64,000 nt of DNA from Felis catus. Taxonomy: Eukaryota. Of the stretch, positions 1 through 12,443 are shown one piece after another. A program made the translations under genes and the position numbers. Below the pieces are notes generated by a model. The model had not been told where the DNA came from. It saw only the letters and a program-made list of their open reading frames with translations, and ran no database searches. How positions within the stretch are numbered: position 1 is the stretch's first letter; each line of letters opens with the position of its first letter. Location: contig NC_058368.1 of assembly GCF_018350175.1 (NCBI RefSeq), positions 79,734,001 to 79,798,000 of the forward strand, given 5' to 3'.

Positions 1-1473
1 TGTATGGAACCAGAAAAGACTCCTAATAGTCAAAGTGATCCTGAAAAAGAAAACCAAAGCTGGAGGCATCACAATCCTGGACGTCAAGATGTATTACAAA
101 GCTGTAATCATCAAGACAGTATGGTACTGGCACAAAACAGACACTTAGATCAATGGAACAGAAAAGAGAACCCAGAAATGGACCCACAAACATATGGCCA
201 ACTCATCTTTGACAAAGCTGGAAAGAATAGCCAGTTGAATAAAGACAGTCTCTTCAGCAAGTGGTGTTAGCAAAACTGGACAGCAACATGCAGAAGAATG
301 AACCTGGACCACTTTCTTACACCACACACAAAAATAAACTCAAAATGGATGAAAGACCTAAATGTAAGACAGGAAGCCATCAAAATCCTTGAGCAGAAAG
401 CAGGCAAAAACCTCTGACCTCAGCCGCAGCAATTTCTTACTCAACATGTCTCCGGAGGCAAGGGAAACAAAAGCAAAAATGAACTATTGGGACCTCATCA
501 AAATAAAAAGCTTCTGCACAGTGAAGGAAACAATCAGCAAAACTAAAAGGCAACTGAAGGAATTGGAGAAGATATTTGCAAATGACATATAAGATAAAGG
601 GTTAGTATATAAAATCTATACAGAACTTATCAAACTCAACACCCAAAAAACAAATAATCCATGAAGAAATGGGCAAAAGACATGAATAGACACTTCTCCA
701 AAGAAGACATCCAGATGGCCAACAGACACACGAAAAGGTGCTCAACATCACTCACCATCAGGGAAATACAAATCAAAACTATAATGAGATACCACCTCAC
801 ACCTATCAGAATGCCTAACATTAACAAGTCAGGCAACAGCAGATGTCAGCGAGGATGCAGAGAAAGAGGATCTCTTGCATTATTGGTGGGAATGCAAGCT
901 GGTGCAGCCACTCTGGAAAACAGTGTGGAGGTTCCTCAAAAAATTAAAAATAGAACTACCCTATGACCCAGCAATTGAACTACTAGGAAATTATCCAAAG
1001 GATACAGGTGTGCTGTTTCAAAGGGGCATATGCACCCCAATGTTTATAGCAGCACTATCAATAGCCAAAGTATGAAAAGAGCCCAAATGTCCACGGACAG
1101 ATGAATGGATAAAGAAGATGTGGTATATATATATACAATGGAGGATTACTTGGTGATCAAAAAAATGAAATCCTGCCATTTGCAACAACATGGATGGAAC
1201 TAAAGGGTACTATGCTAAGTGAAATTAGTCAGTCAGAAAAAAACAAATATCACATGACTTCACTCCTATGAGGACTTTAAGAGACAAAACAGATGAACAC
1301 AAGGGAAGGGAAGCAAAAGTAATATAAAAACAGGGAGGGGGACAAAACATAAGAAACTTCTAAATACAGAGAACAAACGGTGGGTTGCTGGAGGGGTTGT
1401 GGGTGGGGGAATGGGCTGAATGGGCAAGGGGCATCAGGGAGGACACTTGTGGAGATGAGCACTGGGTGTTACA
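1..1473 (+). mobile_element. LINE-1 (carnivore/felid type): 3' part of ORF2 plus 3'UTR, inactivated; continues off the left edge
   Basis: ORF fragments read as L1 ORF2 C-terminus ([66 protein letters not shown]). Stops at 268-270 and 590-592 plus frameshifts. G-rich 3'UTR at about 1380-1440. Confidence 0.97.
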
Positions 1474-1476
1474 AGT

Positions 1477-1684
1477 AGGGGAGGGGAGGGGTGGGAAAGG
1501 AAGGGGAAAAGAAAAGAAAAAAGAAAAGAAAAGAAGGGTAAAGGAAGGGAAGAGAAGAGAGAAAAGAGAAAAGAAAAGAAAAGAAAAGAAAAGAAAAGAA
1601 AAGAAAAGAAAAGAAAAGAAAAGAAAAGAAAAGAAAAAGAAAGGAAAGAAAAGGAAAGGAAAGAAAAGGAAAGAAAAGAAAAGG
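1477..1684 (+). repeat. Polypurine microsatellite, (GAAAA)n core with degenerate GA-rich flanks
   Basis: Direct reading; pure GAAAA run at about 1567-1636. Confidence 0.95.
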
Positions 1685-1685
1685 C

Positions 1686-1886
1686 TAAACCACAGGGATG
1701 GGAACTGGCTGGCAGCAGGTGGGGTTGGGGGAGAAGGGCTTGGGAGAGGCTATGGAGCGGCACAGAGGGAATTTGGGCGGCGGGGCTGATCAGGGTGACC
1801 ATAGCGGTAGACACACGACCCCACCCATCAGAGCTCCTAGAACTGCACGCGAGAAACGAATTTTATCGCCTGTAAATAAAAATTAA
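1686..1886 (+). mobile_element. Ancient L1M (L1MB/MC-like) 3' end remnant
   Basis: ggcacagagggaatttggg...agagctcctagaactgcac...gaattttatcgcctgtaaataaaaa resembles the recalled L1M 3' terminus. Confidence 0.6.
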
Positions 1887-2261
1887 CAAACATGTGTTAT
1901 AATCAATGACGTGCAGCCCAGGCAGGAAATAGTCATAGTCTCAAAAACTAGGTCAATAGGAATAAAAGACTAAGAATAAACGAAATAAACATCCAAGTTA
2001 AGGAGTCAGCAGAAAATTGAACTACATTGAAGGAATCCAGATAAAAGCACAAGCTAGAAGAAGAGTAGAACCAATGGAAAAACCCCTTTGCCTGCCGTTG
2101 CGGTGCCACTGGTGAGCCCTGAGTTGTCCCCTTCCAGGGAGGAAGAGGGGAGAAGAACACAAACACAAAATTAAAAATGACAGAAAGCATCCTCAAAACA
2201 GAGGACGACTTTGAAATCAGAAGAGACCATTGCCTTACACAAACATATTTTTAAAAATAGA

Positions 2262-2483
2262 GCGGCTCCCGTGTGCCTCAGATGATTGATTAAGTGTCCA
2301 ACTCCTGATTTCAGCTCAGGTAATGATCTCACAGCTCATGAGCTCAAGCCCCACATCGGGCTCTGTGCTGACAGCGTGGAGCCTGCTTGGGATTCTCTCT
2401 CTCCCTGTCTTTCTCTTCTCTGCCCCTCTCCTCTCTCTCTCTCTCTCTCTCTCAAAATAAACTTTAAAAACTTAAAACAAAAA
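2262..2483 (+). mobile_element. CAN-SINE (older copy)
   Basis: Diverged tRNA-like head, gagcctgcttgggattctctctc body, (CT)n, A-rich tail. Confidence 0.9.
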
Positions 2484-3484
2484 TTAGAAAGAGGACTTCC
2501 AGAGAAGACCAAGCAGAGAATTGCCCTGGAAGAAATAAAGAAAACTTTATCCCTGAAAAGCAGGCCTAGGCGGTTACGCAGGGCAACTGTCTGTCCCCCT
2601 GAAAGTGAGGTCGTTCCAGTAGCACAGAAACTGTTCTCTACAAGGGCCTAGAAGCACTGGCTTCTGGTAACGATGACCACGGTCTCCCAGAGCTCCATTC
2701 CTGAGACATAGTCCCAGCTGGAGGGACCAGGGCCCCCAGACCTGCCGCTCCCAGCACCGGGCCGACCGTCCACACAGCCTCCAGCATCTTGATGCACCGA
2801 GGGCCAGAGGCGTCCAGGCACTGACCAAGGGATGCTCTGGATGCAGGAGCCAGGCTGAAGGGCCACCCCGGCCACACGTGCACCATGGTAGCATCAACAC
2901 GGGTACCGGCTGGGCCAGCTTGGAAACGCTGATCGAGGTCACTGCGGAGAAGGAGGAGGAGGGAAAGACACCATCCTTGCCACCACGGGGTGTGGGTGCC
3001 GCACGTAGCGACCGCATGTCCTGGTTCCCCCGCGCCTTCCCGCCAAGGGTCTGCCATCATCAGCAGGGCTTCCTTTCGCTTCTCTGAACACTTGAAAAAA
3101 TACTCCAAAAAGCTGGAAAAACAACAGACTTAGGAGATGAAATAACCAGATGTAGAGCAAACACGCTGCTGGGGACAGAAGGGCAGAAGGGCAGGTTTGG
3201 ACTGTTTGGAAAATTTGCACATGTGTTCAGTGCTAGAAGATAATAAAATAAAAAATCACCAGCGTTTACGTGTGAGAACCCCACATTGGCTCTATAGGAA
3301 GACTTCCTAATTTTTTAGATGAGTCTTAAAGTATTTTAGGGTGTAATATCATGACGTCTCTAAGTTGTTTTAAAAGATTTCAGCATAAATGTTGAACGGT
3401 AGAAATATATGTCTGTATAACTGTGATTTACATAAATAAATTGAGAGTGGGTATACAGAAAATCCTGGGACTACCTATGGTAGA

Positions 3485-3590
3485 TTTTATTATTTTATTT
3501 TATTTTATTTTATTTTATTTTACTTTACTTTTTAATTTAATTTAATTTAATTTATTTTTACTATTTTGTTTTGTTCTATTTTATTTTATT
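3485..3590 (+). repeat. (TTTTA)n/(TTTAA)n degenerate microsatellite
   Basis: Direct reading. Confidence 0.9.
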
Positions 3591-3699
3591 CTTTGTGAGG
3601 GGGCTGAGGGAATAGAGAAAGAAAAGATGGAAGGAAATGCCTGTATATAAAATTTTGAATGTATCTCTACTCAACCAAGTAAATATTTTTACTATCAGA

Positions 3700-4910
3700 A
3701 AGCTTCTCCACTCTTTAACAGATCAAGAACGAGAAAACAAAATAAGTCTGGAGGGTGCCTGAGTGATGATGTCATTATAAGGGTAAATGAAATAATATAT
3801 TTCTGATTTTGTTTCCTATAGAAAAACATCTTTTCTGGGATCCACAAAGTGTTCACAAAAATTGATTATGCATCAGACCACATATAAAACCTCACTGAAT
3901 TTCAAGAGGCAGGAGTCGTGCACGCCAAGTAATCTGACCACAGTGAAATAAAATTAAGCTGTGTTCAAAGAGAGATTTATATCCGTAAAAGCTTTTATTA
4001 TTAAACAAGAAGAAATGAAAGCATTCAGTCCAGGAAGTTAATATAAGGCAAACAAAGCCAGAGGAAGGAAGTCATTTTTAAAAAAGAAAATTGATGGCAG
4101 AGGTAGAATAAAACCAGATTTGATATACATGTCCAAGAGCTCATAACTTTGAGGGGAAAAAAGACTAATTAAAATGCCAAACATCTGGCAATCTCTTAAA
4201 GAAAAATGAGAAAATATAGACATACAAAATCAGGGACAGGAAGACAGCTGGATAGAAAATTAAATGAACAATATGGTTCACCCTGTCATGATGAAAATGG
4301 TTAACTTGTGATAACAGATATGAAAATCTTGCAGAAATGGGTGATTATTTTAGGGAATGGTAATTTTCCAACACCTATTGAAGACTAAGTATACCATCTA
4401 CATGTATAACGATCGCAGAAAAACAATGCAGGGTTGTCAAAGCATGACTTCCAGAAAAGGTGCCAGACTTTTCTGGGCTAAGTTCTTTCCAGCCGTCAAG
4501 GAACAGACCGTCACCGGGTTGAGTAGACCGCTCCGGAGCAGAGGAGATCCCAGGAAGTTTCGCAGCTCATTTCACTAGCCGACGCAGTCTGGATCCCCAA
4601 GCCTGACAAAAGTGGCCCAGAAATGAAAATGGAAGGCTTATTAACATTCTAAAAAAAATACCAGCAAGTCCAGACCAAGTCTATCATCACATGACGGCCA
4701 TTCACAATCAAGTACGATGACTCAAGGAGCAGAAGGGTATTTTGATCTAACACATCACGTTACCAGAGCTTAAAAACCATGTAATCATCAAAGAAGATTC
4801 CTCGGAAAAGGCATCCGAAAAAGATACGCTATCCATTTTGAGGTTAAAGAGAAAGAAAAAAGGAAACCAACGTTTTTAGGAAAGCGAGATCAGAAAGCTA
4901 CTTCTCTAAA
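3700..4910 (+). mobile_element. Highly decayed L1M ORF2 fragment (endonuclease end to RT region)
   Basis: aaaattgattatgcatcagaccac (KID..H-like) and tctgaccacagtgaaataaaatta (SDH..IKL motif). A-rich sense strand. aaccatgtaatcatc...gaaaaggcatc resembles the NHMII/EKAFD region. Confidence 0.65.
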
Positions 4911-5019
4911 GTGTATCATCATTTAGACTTTCTCAAACTTTGGCCCACAAGTCATTTACATTAGGGTTGTCAGGATGCTCATTTAAAATGTAATATAAGT
5001 TCTTTTCTGGTGAATCGAC

Positions 5020-5435
5020 CATCTATTGCCAGAATAATGCTGTGTAAGGAACCTCCCCAAAACTGAGTGACATTAAATTTAGCCACTGAAGGTCTGTGAG
5101 GGGGTGTTCAGGGGAGCTGTTTCCCCTGACCTCAGCAGGGCTCCCTGGGTCCAGGGCTGGGCCATCTGTGGCAGGTGGCCCTGGGGCTCCCCTCCACACC
5201 CCCCTTCTCCTCCTAGGGCTGGCAGTGTCCTGGGCAGCTCCTCCTGGCTACATGAGAGATGCAGGGACCAAGCACAGCCACAAAGACCCCTTTTAGGGCT
5301 CTGCTGGTGTCACACCTTCTAACACCCCATTGGCCTAAGCAAACCCAGTTTTAGGGAGTCGGCAGATCACCCCTCTTCCACACAGAAGCCAGCAGCAAGG
5401 GGTGTAGATGAAAGGAGAAGAATCGAGGCCATGTC
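5020..5435 (-). mobile_element. MLT1 (MaLR) solo LTR, old subfamily
   Basis: tctattgcc...tgtgtaaggaacctccccaaaactgagtg is the reverse complement of the MLT1 3' end; ccattggcctaagc internal motif. Confidence 0.65.
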
Positions 5436-5640
5436 TATGTTTTTCAAATTTTCTACAATTATCATGTCACTTCTTACTTAAAAAAAATAAGGATCACGGA
5501 TTTGATACCCCTTAGATTTGTGCCGTGAGGAAGAGACCGACCACCGGCCTTGTCCTGGGCAGCGGGGGAAGGGAGGGGAGCTAAAGGTGAGAGTGGGTTT
5601 CTGTTTATAAAAGGGGGGAAACACAAGAAAGAAAGATATA

Positions 5641-5812
5641 CGGTAAAACCTTGGGTTGTGAGTAACTTGTTCTGTGAGGGTTCCATAAGACAAGCAAACA
5701 TTTCTAATAATTTTTAACTTGATAAACGAGCGATGTCTTACAATACGATTCGTACGTGACGCGGAATGTCATATGATCACAATTGAGCTGATGGTTCTTT
5801 TCTCTCCCCCTC

Positions 5813-5848
<36 letters not shown>

Positions 5849-6579
5849 TTTCTTTCTCTCTCTCCTCTCTCTCTCCCCCTCCCTGCAGGATTGTGGGTGA
5901 TCATCAATGCAATGTCACATGTCTGCAAAATCTTCAAAAGGGGGCAAAAGCAAGTGTCATTGGATAAGTTCCTTGTTAAAGTTGCAGAGAAAAGGAAAAG
6001 ATTCCTTTGAGCCAATAGATAGCAGTGATTCCATTAGTGATCGTGAAAGTCCTCCTACAACATAACCCTCCTCTCGCTCATCTCCCTCATTCTAGCCATG
6101 AAGGTTTTCAAAGGGAAGTACAGGTTAATTTGTTTATTTTTCTTTATATTTTCTATTTTCTTTATTATTTTGTATAATATTACAGTATTATCATTTTTAT
6201 ATGAATATTTTGGAATTGAGGAATGAATCATCTGAGTTTCCATTATTTCTTATGGGGAAATTTGCTTTGATATATAAGTGCTTCATATTACAAGTATGTT
6301 TAGGGGCACTTGAGTGACTCAGTCAGTTGAGTGTCCAACTTTGGCTCAGGTAATGATCTCGCGGTTCGTGGGTTCAAGTCCTGTGTCGGGCTCTGTGCTG
6401 ACAGCTCAGAGCCCGGATCCTGCTTCGGATTCTCTGTCTCCCTCTCTCTCTCTCCCTCTCCCACTCACACTCTGTCTCTCTCTCACTCTCTTTTTCAAAA
6501 ATAAATAAACATTAAAAAAAAAAAAGAAAAACAAGTATGTTTCCAGAACAAATTATGCTTGCAAACCAAGGTTTTGCTG
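5641..6579. mobile_element. TcMar-Tigger-type non-autonomous DNA transposon with both TIRs and TA target duplication
   Basis: Left end ta|CGGTAAAACCTTGGGTTGTGAG. Right end reverse-complements to ta|CAGCAAAACCTTGGTTTGCAAG. Internal (CT)n at 5810-5875. Interrupted by a SINE. Confidence 0.85.
6302..6530 (+). mobile_element. CAN-SINE nested in the Tigger element
   Basis: Full SINE; TSD acaagtatgttt at 6290-6301 and 6531-6542. Confidence 0.97.
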
Positions 6580-6964
6580 TACTTAGAGTCATAGGCTTTG
6601 GAACAAGTGAGTGGTCACCTGGAGTAAACAGTTAACTATAATAATATTTTTTAAGCTGCAATTTGCAATTCATTACTGGATCAGGATCACATCTTGGCGG
6701 ACAATGAAACCTTTTTTTAATGAAGTAGAATAGACCAGAAAACATCAGAGTTCAGCGCTGAGCAGATGGAAACACGACGTGGAATACAAGCGGAGTGGAC
6801 TGCAAAATGTCGACATCCTTCTTTGAAGACTTTCTGTACAGGAGCCCTAAGGATACTCTCTGGAGAAGGAGCTATGCAGGGCTAGGTCATGGGGCACATG
6901 GAAAACATGGCCCTGTGTCCTCAACTAAGTCTGGTGGGGTTATCAAGAGCATCCTTCTAGTTCT

Positions 6965-7153
6965 TTTTTTAAGTTTATTTATTTAGGGGCACCTGGGTGG
7001 CTCAGTCGGTTAAGTGTCCAATTAAGCATCTGAATCTTGATTTCAGCTCAGATCATGACCTCACAGTTCCTGTATCTGAGTCCAGCATCAGGCTCTGTGC
7101 TCAGCCTGGGATTCTCTCTCCCTTTCTCTCTGCCCCTTCCCCGCTCATGCGAG

Positions 7154-7190
<37 letters not shown>

Positions 7191-7316
7191 ATTAAAGTTT
7201 ATTTATTTTGAGGGGGTGCACAGCCCAATGCGGGGTTCAATCTCATGAACCATGAGATCATGACCTGAGCCAAAACCAAGGGTCAGATGCTCAACCAACT
7301 GAGCCCCCCAGGCACC
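6965..7316 (-). mobile_element. CAN-SINE (host copy, internally deleted), interrupted in its tail by another SINE
   Basis: Reverse-complement head catgacctgagccaaaacc...caactgagccccccaggcacc at about 7240-7316; T-rich tail split by the insertion. Confidence 0.85.
6986..7194 (+). mobile_element. CAN-SINE nested in the tail of an opposite-strand SINE
   Basis: ggggcacctgggtggctcagtcggttaag head; TSD aagtttatttattt on both sides. Confidence 0.93.
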
Positions 7317-7501
7317 TGCATCCTTGTAATTCCTAGAGGTGTTCCACTTTGGACAATAAACAGACAGTCACCCTAGGGATAGTCCGCTGAATATGGCAAC
7401 ATTAGTAAGGGCCTAAGTGCCCACAACAAGCAGCAGACTCCTCAAGTTCTCCCCAGGAGGGGGCTCAAGAATGCCCTGGGCTGAGATCCTGGAGTCTGTG
7501 C

Positions 7502-8014
7502 TGTGATGGTCAGTCCCATGTGTCACCTTGGCCTGGTTCGGGTCCCCGATAATCTAATCAAACACTAAACGAGGTGTTGCTGGACAGGTGCTTTGTAGAA
7601 GTGGCTCACAAGTACAGCCAGCTGACTTCAAGGCAAGCAGGTAATGTGGGCAGGCCTCACCTACTCCCTGGGCGAACCCGTCCAGCATTTGCCTTAAGAG
7701 CAAACACGGAGGTTTTCCAGAGACGGAAGGGGTCTGTCTCCAGACTGCAGCCTCAACCCCTGCCCCTGCCCAAGCTGGCAGCCCCCTGGCCCACACTCAC
7801 AATGAAAGGAGCCATTCCTTATAACAAATCTATACCCACATCTATCTGTCTGTCTATATCTGTCTGTTTAGATGCCTATATCTCTGCATATCTGTGTCTC
7901 TCTGTCTATAAACCTGTATCTATCGACCTACATATCCACATCTATCTATCTACATATCTATACTTGTGTGCATGCGTATCTGACTCCTTCGATTTCATTT
8001 CTCTGGAGAATACA
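7502..8014 (+). mobile_element. MLT2 (ERVL) solo LTR, MLT2D-like, with internal degenerate (TCTA)n
   Basis: tgtgatggtcagtcccatgtgtcaccttggc start, aatcaaacactaaa, ccttaagagcaaa, tttctctggagaataca end. Confidence 0.8.
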
Positions 8015-8377
8015 ATGGCAGAGAATCAAGGCGACAACTGGAAGAATGTCCAATCACGCCAGAATCCAAATGGAAAGAAAGACTCAGCTCTGGTCCAGCT
8101 GTGTGAAGGGCTGGATAAACCAGACTAGTTGATGGTCACAGGCACAGGGCTAAGGACAAGGTCTTGGTCGGGAGTGACGCATCAGTGGCCAAGCCTCACG
8201 ATGCTATTTAACTTTTTCAGGGTTGAGGGGACTAACCAGATAGTGTCATGATACTCACATGATACTTCACTCCTCAGCTTCATATGGTTTGTACTCTGCT
8301 ATTTTCTTATACTCTCGTCACAATGTTAAAAACTCTGGGTGTGCTAAGGGTGAGAAGTAAGTAGCAATGGAGGTCCC

Positions 8378-8529
8378 TTCTAGGGTCTCCAAAGAAACAG
8401 GACACATACAGGATGGATGGATGGATGGATGGATAGATGGAAGGAAGGAAGGAAGGAAGGAAGGAAGGAAAAGAAGAAAGATACTATATAGAAGATAAAT
8501 AAATAATAGATTATAGATAGATAATAGAT

Positions 8530-8569
<40 letters not shown>

Positions 8570-8868
8570 TCCACATTAGGACATATATTATCTATGTATC
8601 TATCTATCTACCTACCTACCTACCTACCTACAGAGGCAGCAGAATTCCTTCTTCTTTGGGAAACCTCAGAGTTTGCTCTTAAGGACTTGTTAAGGATTGT
8701 ATGAGGCCCGCCCACATCACTGAGGGTGATCAGCTTTATTTAAGGTCAACCCATTGTAGGTGTGAACCACATCTATGAAGTATCCTCATGGCAACGTCTA
8801 AACTGCTGTTTGCGCGACAACTGGGCACAATAGCCTGGCCGAGCTGACACATGCGGTCACCCATGTCC
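8378..8868 (-). mobile_element. MLT2 (ERVL) solo LTR, MLT2D-like
   Basis: tagggtctccaaagaaacag...tttgctcttaagg...atgaggcccgcccacat...tagcctggccgagctgacacat is the MLT2 reverse complement. Confidence 0.8.
8411..8631 (+). repeat. Compound tetranucleotide microsatellite (GGAT)n(GGAA)n..(GATA)n..(CTAT)n(CTAC)n
   Basis: Direct reading. Confidence 0.95.
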
Positions 8869-8985
8869 ACGTCACATAGCTGTGGATCCAGGCAGACCTG
8901 GAGTGTGTGCCTCCTCGTTTTGTAGCCCGGGCAAGGGGCCACCTTTACAAGCTTCTGTCGTCTGGTCTTTAAAATGAGAACAGTA

Positions 8986-9209
8986 GGGGCGCCTGGGGGG
9001 CTCAGTCGGTTAAGCGTCCGACTTCGGCTCGGGTCACGATCTCACCGTTCACGGGTTCGAATCCCGCATCGGGCTCTGTGCGGACGGCTCAGAGCCTGGA
9101 GCCTGCTTCGGATTCTGTGTCTCCCTCTCTCTGCCTCTCCCCTGCTCACTCTCTGTCTCTGCCTCTCAAAAATGAATAAACGTTAAAAAAACAGGTTTGT
9201 TTTTTTTTT
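8986..9209 (+). mobile_element. CAN-SINE
   Basis: Full SINE; TSD aatgagaacagta. Confidence 0.97.
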
Positions 9210-10617
9210 AATGAGAACAGTAAAAATTATTCATAAAAGTTGTTGAAAGAATCACGTGTGTGCTCTGTGCCCACCAAGCCCCCTGGGGCCGGCCACACGC
9301 TGACCGGACAGGAGGCTGCGAGGAGAGGCCGAGGGCCCTGATGCAGGTGCTAGAGACCGTCCGCTTTGGCCCAAGGTGGAGGCCACACAGACTCGATCTG
9401 GAGGATGGGGCTCCCGCTGCGATGTGCCCCTGGGACCTGTCCTACTTCGTGACCATTCCACAGGCTAGCAAACAGGTGCCCGATACCATCAGAGGGAGGC
9501 TGTCCCCCTCTGCCAGCCAGAGAAGGCTGTACTCAGTGGGGTCAGCTGAGGCCACGTCCTCCCCCCACCCCCGCCCCGCCATCACCCCCCCTCCCGCCCC
9601 CCTTCCGTAAGCACACACAGCCTCCTGTTGTTAGCCCGGGTGCCTGGCAGGGGAGCCTCCTGTTTAAACCCTGACTCCCTTCTAGGAACACCCGGTCGAC
9701 TGAAACGCAGTGTTTTCCTAGGAAAGTAGGTCTGCGAGACAGATCCAATTACAGCATATCCAGGTCAGCGTGAAGGAAGACCCACAGAATTCATAAAGCC
9801 CATACAAAAATAAATAAAGTTCTGCTGCGTCGACTCCCTTGAGTAGCATCGAGACACAGGTACCGATGAATTGCTCGGGTGACGCACAGCCCCACACGCC
9901 AGGAGCGTTATGATGTGTTACTGAGGTCATAACTGCCAGGCCGCCAGGGCTGCGTTGTTAGAGCAAACACATCAGCATTAAATTTCTTCGCCCTTATGTA
10001 ACTGCTTTTACTTAAAGGATTGCTTGTCCTCACGCGGGAACGAGCGTCCAGCTTCTGACAGCAGCGGGACCGCCTCACAGCCTTGGACGTGGACAGGTTC
10101 GCCGCCGTAACTGGAGGTGGAGATGGGAAACCTACGTCCCTTTGTGGCCGCATTCAAAGGCCTCTCTTTGCTCCTCGCTTTCTGGACCTTTCATCGGATG
10201 ACAGAGTCATCCTGAGCCCCCAGGAGTGTCATCAATCAGCAGACGAGAGGCACGGCCGTGACATCCCGGGGAGCACCCCAGGCAGTGCTCCCCGACACTC
10301 ATCTTGCCTCTTGTAGTTAGTGGAAAACAATTCTTGAAAAAAACATTTCAAGAAGGAACTTTTTTTTTCTTTCTCGGAGATTTCCAACAGGATGTTATTA
10401 CTGCTTGTTCTATTACATTAGAAAACTTTTATTAAAACCACCTTTCTCGGGGTTTTTAAACAGGCAGGGAACGCAGCAACCTTGGCAAACGTGTGAGCCT
10501 TTCTGTAACGCCAAACGGGAATACGTGCGCGTGCGTACCGTGAAGACCGCTCTCGTGTTCTTAGAATTCTCTCTCCTTTCTGTGCCTTCTCTTGGCTTTG
10601 TGAGAAAATAAGCTTTT

Positions 10618-10861
10618 TTTTTTTAAATTAAATTTTATTTTTTAAAAATTTTAATGTTTATTTATTTTTGAGGGAGAGAGAGAGAGTGAGTGAGAGCAGG
10701 GGAGGGGCAGAGAGAGAGAGGGAGACACAGAATCCAAAGCAGGCTCCGGGCTCCGAGCTGTCAGCATAGAGCCTGACGCGGGGCTCAAACCCATGAACCG
10801 CAAGACCGTGACGACCTGAGCTGAAGTTGGATGCTCAACTGACTGAGCCACCCAGGCGCCC
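10618..10861 (-). mobile_element. CAN-SINE
   Basis: Reverse-complement SINE; TSD gaaaataagctttt. Confidence 0.97.
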
Positions 10862-12125
10862 TGGAAAATAAGCTTTTAATCAAACTGAGATTAATCACCA
10901 AAACCCTTGGAATTCGTGTAACTAAGGAGAGGATTGACTTCACTGGGTAACTTCCAACCCCCACCCTGGACGGCTCAGCATCCGTGTTTGCTTTATTAAG
11001 TCCTACAAATGCGAGTTTGGTGGTCGACAAGGGCTGACTTAACTCATCCATGAATCAGGGTTTCAGACCGTGTCCCAGGGGTCTGATGGGCCCGAACAGC
11101 TCCAGTGGGCCAGCTGGGTATGTCCCTCACTCCCAGGTTTTGCCTTAACTCACCCTATTTGCTTCTCAACATTTGTCACCTGCATGGTGGGTACAGCCTG
11201 GCCCTTCATGAGTCTCTGGCATCCTGAGAGAGGTACCCAGTGTATCGATGACCAGTTATCCACCAATAATGCCGAGTGAAAAACAGCCACAGAAACTCAA
11301 TGAAATACAAAAATAAATGCCTAGCTCACTGTTCCCTGAGGTTCAGCTGATCTGGGCTTGTTTGGACCGCTCTCTGGTGGGTCCACTCATGTGGGGCGTG
11401 TGCCAGTCTAGAAGGTTCTGCTGGCCTTGGCCGGCCGTACTCACCCCCGCATCTGGGGATCAGCTGGGTGTGGGCTGGGCCAGGACGGCCTCCACGGACG
11501 GTGATGGTGACCCCCCCCCCGGTTCCCTGGGAGGCCGGTTCAGACAGGCTCTCACGGCCACGGCCAGGGCGAGGGCAGCGCCAACCGCTTGTCAGGTTTG
11601 CTGAAGTCCCAGTGGCCAAGGAAGTCGTGTGGTCAGCTGACAGTGGAGGGTGCTCTGCAAGGTGGGCTGGGAAGACACTGGGAAGTGAGGGGGGCAGGGA
11701 CCTGGGGACACTCCTGCCACCTAGCACACTCGAAGGCGTCACTGGAGAACAAAGCGGTGTGCAGGCTCAGAGCGATGAGAGGCCTCTGACCGGGGCATCA
11801 GGGAGGACTCCCTGGTGGAGACCACAGAGTCCAACACACACAGTAATGTCACAGATGTCCCCCCAAAAATGCTTTCATTGTGAAATACTAAAATTGCAGG
11901 ACCCCCGAAGCCATATTTAAATAGTGTTGAATAACCTTTTACCCCAGGTGGTCAGTTCCCTGCCTGCCTCGTGCAGTGGCTGAAAACTTTCACTCAGCAT
12001 GACGAGTTCCCCACTGTGCTCTAACCCCTTGGCCGTCTTCTAGATTGGGGAAGAAAAATCTAGAAGCTTGGACAACCTACCAGCTGCCACAAAGTCCTGC
12101 CCGCTTCCTACAACCTCTGGGGGTG

Positions 12126-12443
12126 TCCCTTCCTTCTCTCCCTCCTCCCTCTCCCCTTCCCCTCTTCCTTCCCCTCTTCCTTCCTCCCTTCTGTCCTCCC
12201 TCCCTCCTCCTCCCTCCCTTCCCCCTTCCCCTCTTCCCTCCTTCCTCTCCTCTGTCCTCCCTCCCTCCTCCCCCCTCCCTTCCCCCTGCCCCTCTTCCCT
12301 CCTCCCTCCTCCCTCTCCCTTCCCCCTTCCTCTCTTCCCTCTCTGCTTCCCCTCCACTCTTCCTCCCCCTCCCCCTCTCACTCCCTTCCTCCAACCCTCC
12401 CCCTTCCCCCCACCTTACTCCCCTCTCCCCCCTCTCTACTCTC
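12126..12443 (+). repeat. Polypyrimidine (C/T) low-complexity tract of about 315 bp
   Basis: Almost purine-free; internal duplication with period about 61 (tctgtcctccctccctcctcc... at 12190 and 12251). Confidence 0.95.

Noticed and set aside
1385..1814. Lys/Arg-rich and Phe/Ser-rich ORFs
   Set aside because: Translations of the (GAAAA)n microsatellite.
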